Part shown: positions 1 through 6,808 of the stretch, piece by piece | Layout: each line of letters begins with the position of its first letter | How positions within the stretch are numbered: position 1 is the stretch's first letter | Assembly (NCBI GenBank): GCA_964573245.1 | Contig: CAZNJA010000046.1 | Location: 1 to 10,970 of the forward strand | Length of the DNA: 10,970 bases | Reading direction: 5' to 3' | Source: an uncultured bacterium | GTDB taxonomy: Bacteria; CAIJMQ01 | Notes under the pieces: model-generated | The model's database searches: none | Told to the model about the DNA's origin: nothing | Seen by the model: only the letters and a program-made list of their open reading frames with translations | Translations under genes and position numbers: made by a program

Positions 1-210
1 ATTATTGATATGGCTAAGAAGATAAGAAAAGACACGGGATTGAAGGAAGTTGCTTTAGGCGGCGGAGTATTTCAGAATATGTATCTGTTAACCAATTCTT
101 ATAACGGACTTAAAAAAGCAGGATTCAAAGTATATATCCACGAAAAAGTCCCCACAAATGACGGCGGCCTTTCATTAGGTCAAGCAGTTATTGCGGGGTA
201 TAAAACTTAG
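1..210 (+). CDS. hypF: Carbamoyltransferase HypF, C-terminal fragment (runs off the left edge)
   Basis: Frame is open from base 1. VALGGGVFQN and VPTNDGGLSLGQAVIA are the characteristic HypF C-terminal motifs. hypC and hypD lie downstream. Confidence 0.95.
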   Translation: MIDMAKKIRKDTGLKEVALGGGVFQNMYLLTNSYNGLKKAGFKVYIHEKVPTNDGGLSLGQAVIAGYKT

Positions 211-269
211 GTAGAATTTATATTCTTAACATTTGAAATCAGCTGGTTGTGGTAAATGCTTAGGCAATT

Positions 270-722
270 TCACTTCCTCAACCACGGGAAAATAGTTTCT
301 GCTTTTGTATTGAAAGTGCAGTCTGGAATGATCCAATCCTTCTCCGTTTTGTAACATACAAAACTTGTGAACACAGGACCTTTCTCAAAATTCATCACGA
401 GATACACTATCTTAGTGGATGTGGACAGCTCTCTAATTTGAGCAATCTCGTAAGACTTGTAGGATCCATAGTAACTTTCTATCTGCTTGAATATAGCTAC
501 TTGGCTTGTAGCTTGTTTCTCGTTCTCAAGGGGACTCCCTTTCAGCCAAGCCTTCATCGCAGCGTTAGCTCCACTAGCTTTATATGCATCTAATCCCACA
601 AGAACTATCTTCGGAATAGTCGGACTTGCATTTTCCTCAGCAGCCGTAGTCCAACGCGGGATTGCACAAGTTGCTACCAAGAGCAGAACCACCAGACAAC
701 AAATCTTAATTGACACTCTCAC
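270..722 (-). CDS. Hypothetical exported protein, 150 aa
   Basis: GTG start with GGAGG Shine-Dalgarno just upstream on the - strand; basic N-terminus, hydrophobic stretch and TAA-E-like cleavage site; candidate sigma70 promoter upstream. Family not recognised. Confidence 0.75.
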   Translation of the reverse strand: MRVSIKICCLVVLLLVATCAIPRWTTAAEENASPTIPKIVLVGLDAYKASGANAAMKAWLKGSPLENEKQATSQVAIFKQIESYYGSYKSYEIAQIRELSTSTKIVYLVMNFEKGPVFTSFVCYKTEKDWIIPDCTFNTKAETIFPWLRK

Positions 723-790
723 AAGGTCCCTCCTCTGTTATTGTTTAGCTAATAAGTATCATATAGCTTAAATAATCTAACGAATACTTA

Positions 791-819
791 TTTATACTAC
801 TCCCCTCTTTCTCTGTCAA
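791..819 (-). promoter_or_regulatory. Candidate sigma70 promoter for the 270..722 gene
   Basis: - strand reads TTGACA (819-814), 17-nt spacer, TATAAA (796-791), about 70 nt upstream of the GTG start. Confidence 0.6.
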
Positions 820-878
820 TTATATATGCAAGGGAAGGGCAGATTTGATAAGATTGGGTTTATAAAAGACGGTTAGCG

Positions 879-915
879 TAAATCCCGTTGATGTTGGTAA
901 TATCTACGGGATAAA
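879..915. repeat. 29-bp imperfect palindrome flanked by TAAA direct repeats
   Basis: TAAA-TCCCGTTGATGTTGGTAATATCTACGGGA-TAAA. It is absent from the homologous arm at 1251-1289, which has a single TAAA. Confidence 0.75.
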
Positions 916-931
916 GATAAGACGGTTTTAG

Positions 932-976
932 GTCCGATGCTCCGACGTTATGTCGGAGAGCGGACTCCTTCGGAGT
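932..976. repeat. Compound GC-rich hairpin (REP-like)
   Basis: GTCCG (932-936)/CGGAC (961-965) encloses CTCCGAC (940-946)/GTCGGAG (952-958), followed by ACTCC-TTC-GGAGT (964-976). Confidence 0.65.
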
Positions 977-1041
977 TTGCGGGGAATAAAAATCTTTTAA
1001 CGAACACCGAAAACCGCTAACCGAACACCGAAAGGTTATTT

Positions 1042-1254
1042 ATGTGTTTAGCGTTACCGATGAAAGTTGTGAAAATAGATAGCTCCGGCGGAGTTGTTGA
1101 AATAGGCAAAGTCAAGATGCAGGTTAATTTGGAGCTTCTTGATAATGTTAAAGTCGGAGAATATGTAATCGTTCATGCCGGCTTTGCGATACAGAAAGTG
1201 GACCCGAAAGAAGCAAAAGAAACGATTGAAATTTTGAAGGAAATGGCGAGATAA
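1042..1254 (+). CDS. hypC: Hydrogenase maturation chaperone HypC/HupF
   Basis: MCLALP N-terminus with Cys2 and VGEYVIVHAGFAI motif; 70 aa. Confidence 0.97.
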   Translation: MCLALPMKVVKIDSSGGVVEIGKVKMQVNLELLDNVKVGEYVIVHAGFAIQKVDPKEAKETIEILKEMAR

Positions 1255-1297
1255 AAAACGGTTATCGTAAAGATAAAACGGGTTTCGGTTATCGGAG
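1251..1297. repeat. Left (G/T-rich) arm flanking the four-helix-bundle gene
   Basis: Contains CGGTTATCG (1259-1267) and CGGGTTTCGGTTATCGG (1279-1295). 1284-1295 is a perfect 12-bp reverse complement of 1704-1715. Confidence 0.8.
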
Positions 1298-1304
1298 AAA
1301 CAAG

Positions 1305-1667
1305 ATGAATACTATAAAAAGTTATAAAGATTTAGAAGTGTGGAATAAAGGTATTGAATTAGTAAAGCAGGTTTATTTAAGTACGAAGAAATTTCCAAAA
1401 GAAGAAATATATGGTTTGACTAATCAAATGAGAAGGTCGTCGGTATCTATCCCTTCCAATATTGCTGAAGGAAAAATGAGACAGCATACTAATGAATATG
1501 TTCAATTCTTGTATGTAGCACTTGGTTCGTGCGGGGAATTGGATACCCAGTTAATTATTGCTGAACAATTGGGATATATTTCTAAACAAGAAGCATCAAG
1601 TTTTACTGATGAGATCGACCATATTTCACGAATGATAAGGAATCTTATCAAAACCATAAGAAAATGA
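1305..1667 (+). CDS. Four-helix-bundle protein (23S rRNA intervening-sequence protein / bAvd-like family)
   Basis: SYKDLEVW, FPKEEIYGLTNQMRRSSVSIPSNIAEG and FLYVALGSCGELDTQL are typical family motifs; 120 aa; GGAG SD at 1294-1297. Confidence 0.93.
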   Translation: MNTIKSYKDLEVWNKGIELVKQVYLSTKKFPKEEIYGLTNQMRRSSVSIPSNIAEGKMRQHTNEYVQFLYVALGSCGELDTQLIIAEQLGYISKQEASSFTDEIDHISRMIRNLIKTIRK

Positions 1668-1688
1668 ATCATTTATTATTGTCGTTTT

Positions 1689-1723
1689 TGCGAAAACCGA
1701 TAACCGATAACCGAACACCGAGC
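1689..1723. repeat. Right (A/C-rich) heptamer arm flanking the four-helix-bundle gene
   Basis: TGCGAAA ACCGATA ACCGATA ACCGAAC ACCGAGC; ends 7 nt before the hypD ATG; near-copy of 1008-1033. Confidence 0.85.
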
Positions 1724-1730
1724 TGTTAAA

Positions 1731-2825
1731 ATGAAGTATATAGACGAATTCCGAAACCCTGAACTAACGAAAAAGCTTATTGCAAAGATAAGCGGGATGG
1801 TTTCAGATTACAAGAAAGACATAATACTAATGGAAGTATGCGGAACGCATACTGTAGCCATTTCTCGTGCCGGTTTGAGGAAACTTTTTCCGTCAAATCT
1901 CAAACTGCTTTCAGGGCCGGGATGTCCTGTCTGTGTAACGCCTAATAATTATCTTGATAGGGCAATTGCCTACTGCCGAAGAAATGATGTCATCTTAGTT
2001 ACCTTTGGCGATATGATGAGAGTTCCAGGTTCAACTTCTTCTTTGGAAAAAGAAAAGAGTAGGGGTGGTGATGTGCGTGTTGTTTATTCGCCGATTGATG
2101 CTTTGAAGATTGCGAAGGATAATCCGAAGAAGAAAATAATATTTCTCGGGGTCGGGTTTGAGACGACTTCTCCGACTATTGCCGCAACTATTAAAACCGC
2201 AGAAGACCAGAATATAAAGCACTTTTTTGTTTATTCAGGGCATAAGATTATGCCTCCCGCAATGAAAGCGCTTGTTGCTGATAAAGAAGTCCACATTAAT
2301 GGATTTATATGTCCCGGACATGTAAGCACTATTATCGGCTCTGTCCCTTATGAATTCATACCTGAAGAATATAATATCCCCTGTGTTATTGTAGGGTTTG
2401 AGCCGCTTGATATCGTTGAAGGTGTTTATATGCTCGTGAAGCAGATTATTGATAAAGAAAAACCGAGCGTACAGATTCAATATACCCGTTCGGTAAAAAG
2501 AGAAGGAAATCCCAAAGCGCTTGCGCTTATGGGCAAAGTATTTGAACGGGAAGATTCAAATTGGCGGGGATTGGGAATGATTCCCGACAGTGGATTAAAG
2601 ATAAGGAAAGAGTTTTCGGCTTTTGATGCTCTTAAGAATATAGAAGTTGAAGTAGAGCCGACAAAGGAAAACAAACAGTGTATATGCGGTGAGGTTTTAA
2701 GAGGAGTGGAGAGCCCGCTATCATGTAAACTCTTCAAAAAAGCATGCACGCCCGAAAACCCAATCGGTGCCTGTATGGTTTCTTCGGAAGGAACTTGTGC
2801 GGCGTATTATAAGTATGGAGAATGA
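1731..2825 (+). CDS. hypD: Hydrogenase maturation protein HypD
   Basis: MEVCGTHT, GPGCPVC, GFETT and PGHVS motifs; C-terminal Fe-S cysteines ending CMVSSEGTCAAYY. Confidence 0.98.
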   Translation: MKYIDEFRNPELTKKLIAKISGMVSDYKKDIILMEVCGTHTVAISRAGLRKLFPSNLKLLSGPGCPVCVTPNNYLDRAIAYCRRNDVILVTFGDMMRVPGSTSSLEKEKSRGGDVRVVYSPIDALKIAKDNPKKKIIFLGVGFETTSPTIAATIKTAEDQNIKHFFVYSGHKIMPPAMKALVADKEVHINGFICPGHVSTIIGSVPYEFIPEEYNIPCVIVGFEPLDIVEGVYMLVKQIIDKEKPSVQIQYTRSVKREGNPKALALMGKVFEREDSNWRGLGMIPDSGLKIRKEFSAFDALKNIEVEVEPTKENKQCICGEVLRGVESPLSCKLFKKACTPENPIGACMVSSEGTCAAYYKYGE

Positions 2826-2862
2826 GTTAAAGAATTGATGTTGAAATATCTGTAATCTTATT

Positions 2863-2891
2863 TTTCAAAAATCTCTGTAATTAGGTATAAT
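2863..2891 (+). promoter_or_regulatory. Possible internal sigma70 promoter upstream of the PPIase gene
   Basis: TATAAT at 2886-2891; only a weak -35 (TTCAAA, 2864-2869). The AT-rich context makes a chance match possible. Confidence 0.3.
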
Positions 2892-2941
2892 AACCTCTTA
2901 ATAATTTGAATTTAAGGGAAATTAACAAAAAAGGAGATGTT

Positions 2942-3637
2942 ATGAATAAAGGTGTTGTGGCAGTGGTTTTGGCGGTATGCATGATATCATGCGCGTTTGT
3001 ATTTGCGGCGGATGAAGAGTTAAAAACTGATTCTGATAAGTTAAGTTATATGCTGGGAATGGATATCGGGGCGTTTTTGAAAGGAATTCCCAGAGAAACC
3101 GATTTTGATATTTTTATCCGTGGCATCAAGGATACTTATGAGGGAGGAGAAACGCTTCTTACTGAAGAAGAGGCAATACAAATAAAGCAAGAGTTTGTTA
3201 AAGAGATGCAAATGGAGGCAACTAAGAAAATGAATGAAATCAGCGAAAAAAACAAGAAAGACGGAGAAGCATTTCTTGCGGAAAACAAAAAGAAAGAGGA
3301 AGTTGTTACGACTGCAAGCGGTTTGCAGTATATCGTTTTACAGAAAGGGACAGGCGCTTCTCCAAAGCTCGACGATAAAGTCACAGTGCATTACTCGGGA
3401 ACGCTGATTGACGGAACAGAATTCGACAGTTCTTACAAACGCGGGGAACCTGTTACCTTTCCGCTTAACGGTGTGATTAAAGGTTGGGGCGAAGGCTTAC
3501 AGCTTATGAAAGTGGGCGGAAAAAGCCGTTTATTTATACCTTCGCAGCATGCTTACGGAGAAAAAGGAGCGGGTCAGCAAATTCCGCCCAACTCTGTTCT
3601 GATATTTGAAGTAGAATTATTAGGGATTGAAGAATAA
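2942..3637 (+). CDS. FKBP-type peptidyl-prolyl cis-trans isomerase (FkpA/Mip/FklB-like) with signal peptide
   Basis: ATG 2942 follows AAGGAG and is preferred over TTG 2906. Signal peptide ends VFA; KLSYMLG dimerisation domain; VTVHYSGTLIDGTEFDSS, VIKGWGEGL and IPPNSVLIFEVEL FKBP motifs. Confidence 0.93.
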   Translation: MNKGVVAVVLAVCMISCAFVFAADEELKTDSDKLSYMLGMDIGAFLKGIPRETDFDIFIRGIKDTYEGGETLLTEEEAIQIKQEFVKEMQMEATKKMNEISEKNKKDGEAFLAENKKKEEVVTTASGLQYIVLQKGTGASPKLDDKVTVHYSGTLIDGTEFDSSYKRGEPVTFPLNGVIKGWGEGLQLMKVGGKSRLFIPSQHAYGEKGAGQQIPPNSVLIFEVELLGIEE

Positions 3638-3644
3638 GTAAGAT

Positions 3645-3667
3645 TGTCCCGATGTTACATTGGGACA
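3645..3667. repeat. Hairpin after the PPIase stop (REP-like or terminator-like)
   Basis: TGTCCCGATG-TTA-CATTGGGACA, a 10-bp stem with one G-T pair; no U-tract on the + strand. Confidence 0.6.
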
Positions 3668-3718
3668 GAAAAGCAGTGCTGAATAAAAATCTATAATTGA
3701 AAGAGAAAGGGCTATAAA

Positions 3719-4093
3719 ATGCACGAGTTTTCTATAGCAAATCCAATAGTTAAAAAAGTTTTGGATTTGGCCAAAGAGAAAAAAGCAAAAGCAGTCAAGG
3801 GCATAGAAGTTTGCGTCGGGGAACTGGTTTTATTGGGAGCGGAAGAAGAATTTAGATTTTGGCTAAAAGAACTGTTATGTAAAGAAGAAATTGCCAAGGA
3901 TGCACAAATAAAGATAAATATAGTCAAATCGAAGGTTAAATGCAGGAAGTGCGGATACGAAGGGGGTTTGGAAGTAAATCACGAACATAGTCATTCCCAT
4001 CCCGTTTTTCTTTGCCCACATTGTGAAGACAGCGATATAGACATAAAAGAGGGAAAAGATTGCGTACTAGAAAAAGTGCAAGTGGAAATATAG
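3719..4093 (+). CDS. hypA: Hydrogenase nickel metallochaperone HypA
   Basis: MHE N-terminus; CRKC and CPHC zinc motifs; hyp gene context. Confidence 0.93.
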   Translation: MHEFSIANPIVKKVLDLAKEKKAKAVKGIEVCVGELVLLGAEEEFRFWLKELLCKEEIAKDAQIKINIVKSKVKCRKCGYEGGLEVNHEHSHSHPVFLCPHCEDSDIDIKEGKDCVLEKVQVEI

Positions 4094-5103
4094 ATAGAAT
4101 ACTTCTTGCACACGGCGACGGCGGAAAGTTGATGCATCAACTTATTGAGGAATTTTTCAGGAGAAAATTCAGCAATAAAATATTAAATGAGTTAGGCGAT
4201 TCCGCAGTTATTAAGATATCTCCCCGCAAAAATTCTAAATTTTCCTTTACCACAGATTCCTATGTTGTAAATCCCATCTTTTTCCCGGGTGGGGATATCG
4301 GTAAACTTGCTGTATGCGGAACGGTGAATGATTTGGCGGTTATGGGCGCAAGACCATTATATATATCTTGCGGTTTTATAATAGAAGAAGGACTGGAATA
4401 CGAAATTTTGGAAAAGATAACGAATTCTATGGCAAGAACCGCTCAAAAATCCAACGTAAAAATCGTAACGGGCGATATCAAGGTAGTTGAGAAAAACAGC
4501 GCCGACAAACTTTTTATAAACACATCGGGAATTGGGGTTATAGATGGCAATGTCAAGATTTCCAAGAAAATGATAGGGCCGTCCGATAAAATAATCGTAA
4601 GCGGCTCTATAGGCGAACACGGTCTTGCCATTTTGTGTGCACGAGGAGGATTTGGTTTTCACAGCAGGATTAAAAGCGATTGCGCTCCATTGGGCGGGCT
4701 TATTCAAAAAATGTTCGGCGTTTCAAAAAACATTAAGTTTATGCGTGACCCAACAAGGGGTGGATTGGCTGTAACTTTAAACGAAATAGTAGAAGGAATG
4801 GATTTCGGAATTTTACTCAACGAGGATATTCTGCCGATAAGAAAAGAAGTGAAAGCAATATGCGAAATTTTGGGGTTTGATCCGTTATATATGGCAAACG
4901 AAGGCAAAGTAGTTGTCATAGTGTCAAGTAAAGATGCTGCGCTTGTTCTGAAAACCATGCGCCGACATCCTCTGGGCAAAAACAGCCGCATTATCGGCGA
5001 AATAGTCCCAACTCCCAAACAAAAAGTTTTATTAAAAACAAAAATAGGCAGCTCTCGTATTATAGATATGCCGACAGCTTCTCAACTTCCACGAATTTGC
5101 TGA
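4060..5103 (+). CDS. hypE: Hydrogenase maturation protein HypE (carbamoyl dehydratase)
   Basis: LAHGDGG, TTDSYVV..FFPGGDIGKLAVCGTVND, MRDPTRGG, ANEG and C-terminal PRIC. The start is uncertain (TTG 4060 after AGAGGG, overlapping hypA). Confidence 0.96.
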   Translation: MRTRKSASGNIDRILLAHGDGGKLMHQLIEEFFRRKFSNKILNELGDSAVIKISPRKNSKFSFTTDSYVVNPIFFPGGDIGKLAVCGTVNDLAVMGARPLYISCGFIIEEGLEYEILEKITNSMARTAQKSNVKIVTGDIKVVEKNSADKLFINTSGIGVIDGNVKISKKMIGPSDKIIVSGSIGEHGLAILCARGGFGFHSRIKSDCAPLGGLIQKMFGVSKNIKFMRDPTRGGLAVTLNEIVEGMDFGILLNEDILPIRKEVKAICEILGFDPLYMANEGKVVVIVSSKDAALVLKTMRRHPLGKNSRIIGEIVPTPKQKVLLKTKIGSSRIIDMPTASQLPRIC

Positions 5104-5147
5104 TTTGTTGTGGAGAATAACCCTTTTAAATCTTACGGGAACACAAA

Positions 5148-6020
5148 ATGCCGAGATTAAAACAGAATGCACTGCCTAAAATAAGATTGTCTTACGACAA
5201 CCAGAAGTATGCAGAACTTATAAATGTTCTCAAAAGAGAAGATCTAAATACAGTATGCCAGGAAGCAAATTGCCCCAATATATTTAACTGTTTTTCCAAA
5301 GGCGTTTTGACATTTATGATTTTAGGTGATGTATGCACGAGGAATTGTTCTTATTGCAATATTAAGACTGGAAATCCTATCCCTCCCGATACAAATGAAC
5401 CGAAAAGAATTGCAAATGTTATTGCCGGACTTAGGCTTAAATATGTCGTAATCACTTGTGTCACAAGAGATGATTTGAGTGACGGCGGTGCCGGTGTTTT
5501 TGCCGAAACAGTTAGAAATGCAAGAGACATAAGCCCTGAATGCAAAGTGGAACTTTTGATTTCAGACCTGAACGGAAATGAGGATGCTTTAAAAACAATT
5601 ATAGATTCAAATCCTCAAGTGATAGGGCATAATGTGGAAGTTGCAAGAAGACTTTTCCCAACATTAAGACCCAAAGGAAATTATGAAAGAACGCTGAAAG
5701 TTTTGAAAAATATAAAAAAACATAATCCTAAACTCATAACAAAATCAGGTTTTATGGTGGGGTTGGGCGAAAACAGGAAGGAAATAATTCAAACCATGAA
5801 AGACATTAAAGATGCAAATTGCGATATAATAACTATCGGACAATATCTTACTCCTGGTTCTAGTCACGCGCCTGTAAGCAAGTTTTACAGCGCAGAAGAA
5901 TTTTCTTTTTTTAAGAAAATGGGAGAATCATTGGGTTTTAAATGTATTCAGTCAGGTCCTTTAGTTAGAAGTTCATTTAACGCAAGCGCTTCTTATGAAA
6001 GGGCAAGGAGAAAAATATGA
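5148..6020 (+). CDS. lipA: Lipoyl synthase
   Basis: CX4CX5C (CQEANCPNIFNC), radical SAM CX3CX2C (CTRNCSYC), TIGQYL and GPLVRSS motifs. Confidence 0.95.
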   Translation: MPRLKQNALPKIRLSYDNQKYAELINVLKREDLNTVCQEANCPNIFNCFSKGVLTFMILGDVCTRNCSYCNIKTGNPIPPDTNEPKRIANVIAGLRLKYVVITCVTRDDLSDGGAGVFAETVRNARDISPECKVELLISDLNGNEDALKTIIDSNPQVIGHNVEVARRLFPTLRPKGNYERTLKVLKNIKKHNPKLITKSGFMVGLGENRKEIIQTMKDIKDANCDIITIGQYLTPGSSHAPVSKFYSAEEFSFFKKMGESLGFKCIQSGPLVRSSFNASASYERARRKI

Positions 6021-6805
6021 GAGGTTTCTTAAAAGGCAGAGATAAAGCCGGGATGGAAGCGGCAAGAAAATCGGGCAGAATTCTTATCGAGAATTTTGAA
6101 AAAATAAACAAAATCAGCAAAAAACCTGACGGTACGCTTGTTACGAATGTTGATTTGGAAATGGAAGAAGAGATTGCAAAGGTGATAAGGGCGAAATTTC
6201 CCAAGGATGAGATATTATCCGAAGAAAATATTTATCCCGTAAAAAATTCTCCTTTCCGCTGGATAGTCGACCCTTTGGACGGAACACATAATTATATTCG
6301 CGGAATAAATACAGTGGGGACTTCGATTGCGCTTGAATTCAATAAAGAAATTATAATGGGCATTATCCATATGCCTTTTGCAAAAGAACTTTATTTTGCC
6401 TGTAAAGGATGCGGTTCTTATCTGAATGACAAAAAGATATCCGTATCAAACAGGAAACTAAAAGAAAGTACACTTATTTATGACAGCAACATAATAAATG
6501 AGCAGACAGAAGTCATGCTGCGGCATCTTAAAAAACTTAAAAATAAGGTCTTCATTATGAGAATGTTCGGTTCTACCGCAAGAAGTCTTTCTTATATCGC
6601 TGAAGGCAAAGCCGATTTGGAGATAGAATATACCGATAAGGTCTGGGATTTTGCGGCAGGCGCGCTTTTGATAGAAGAAGCAGGCGGAAAGTTTACAAGC
6701 CATAACGGAGAAAAATGCAATACAGACATGAAAAATTACATTGCTTCTAACGGCCTTATCCACAGTGAAGTTCTAAAAATGTTAAACTGTCAAAAAGGTA
6801 AATAA
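6017..6805 (+). CDS. Inositol monophosphatase family protein (SuhB-like)
   Basis: LSEE, WIVDPLDGT and WDFAAGALLIEEAGG motifs; ATGA overlap with the lipA stop. Confidence 0.92.
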   Translation: MRGFLKGRDKAGMEAARKSGRILIENFEKINKISKKPDGTLVTNVDLEMEEEIAKVIRAKFPKDEILSEENIYPVKNSPFRWIVDPLDGTHNYIRGINTVGTSIALEFNKEIIMGIIHMPFAKELYFACKGCGSYLNDKKISVSNRKLKESTLIYDSNIINEQTEVMLRHLKKLKNKVFIMRMFGSTARSLSYIAEGKADLEIEYTDKVWDFAAGALLIEEAGGKFTSHNGEKCNTDMKNYIASNGLIHSEVLKMLNCQKGK

Positions 6806-6808
6806 TAA

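Larger units (their letters stand above)
862..1033. repeat. ORF-less copy of the heptamer-arm cassette (left arm 862-990, right arm 999-1033)
   Basis: 862-882 matches 1251-1271 at 19/21 and 916-933 matches 1272-1289 at 15/18. Right arm is five 7-mers: AACGAAC ACCGAAA ACCGCTA ACCGAAC ACCGAAA. CGGTTAGCG (870-878) is the reverse complement of CGCTAACCG (1015-1023). Confidence 0.8.

Noticed and set aside
487-771. 94-aa + strand ORF
   Set aside because: Shadow of the - strand gene, which has the SD, promoter and signal peptide.
862-1033. CRISPR array
   Set aside because: The repeats are 7-nt tandem units and dissimilar hairpins, with no constant 23-47 nt repeat, no unique spacers and no cas genes.
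1305-1667. Diversity-generating retroelement (Avd-like protein)
   Set aside because: No reverse transcriptase and no TR/VR pair differing at adenines in the window.
1251-1723. 23S rRNA gene with intervening sequence
   Set aside because: The flanks are hypC and hypD coding sequence; no rRNA sequence is visible.
2031-2749. Short - strand ORFs within hypD (and similar ones opposite the PPIase, hypA, hypE, lipA, IMPase, ccdA, trxA, trxB and the ABC ATPase)
   Set aside because: Antisense to well-supported genes and without recognisable motifs.
2844-2881. Short direct repeat AAAT(A/C)TCTGTAAT
   Set aside because: Only two copies in AT-rich DNA; it could be an operator but is not supportable from sequence alone.
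2906-2941. TTG start for the PPIase
   Set aside because: ATG 2942 has an AAGGAG SD and places the signal peptide at the N-terminus.
2942-3637. SlyD assignment
   Set aside because: It has a signal peptide and N-terminal dimerisation domain, and lacks the IF domain and His/Cys-rich tail.
3692-3697. TATAAT upstream of hypA
   Set aside because: No credible -35 element; could easily be chance in AT-rich sequence.
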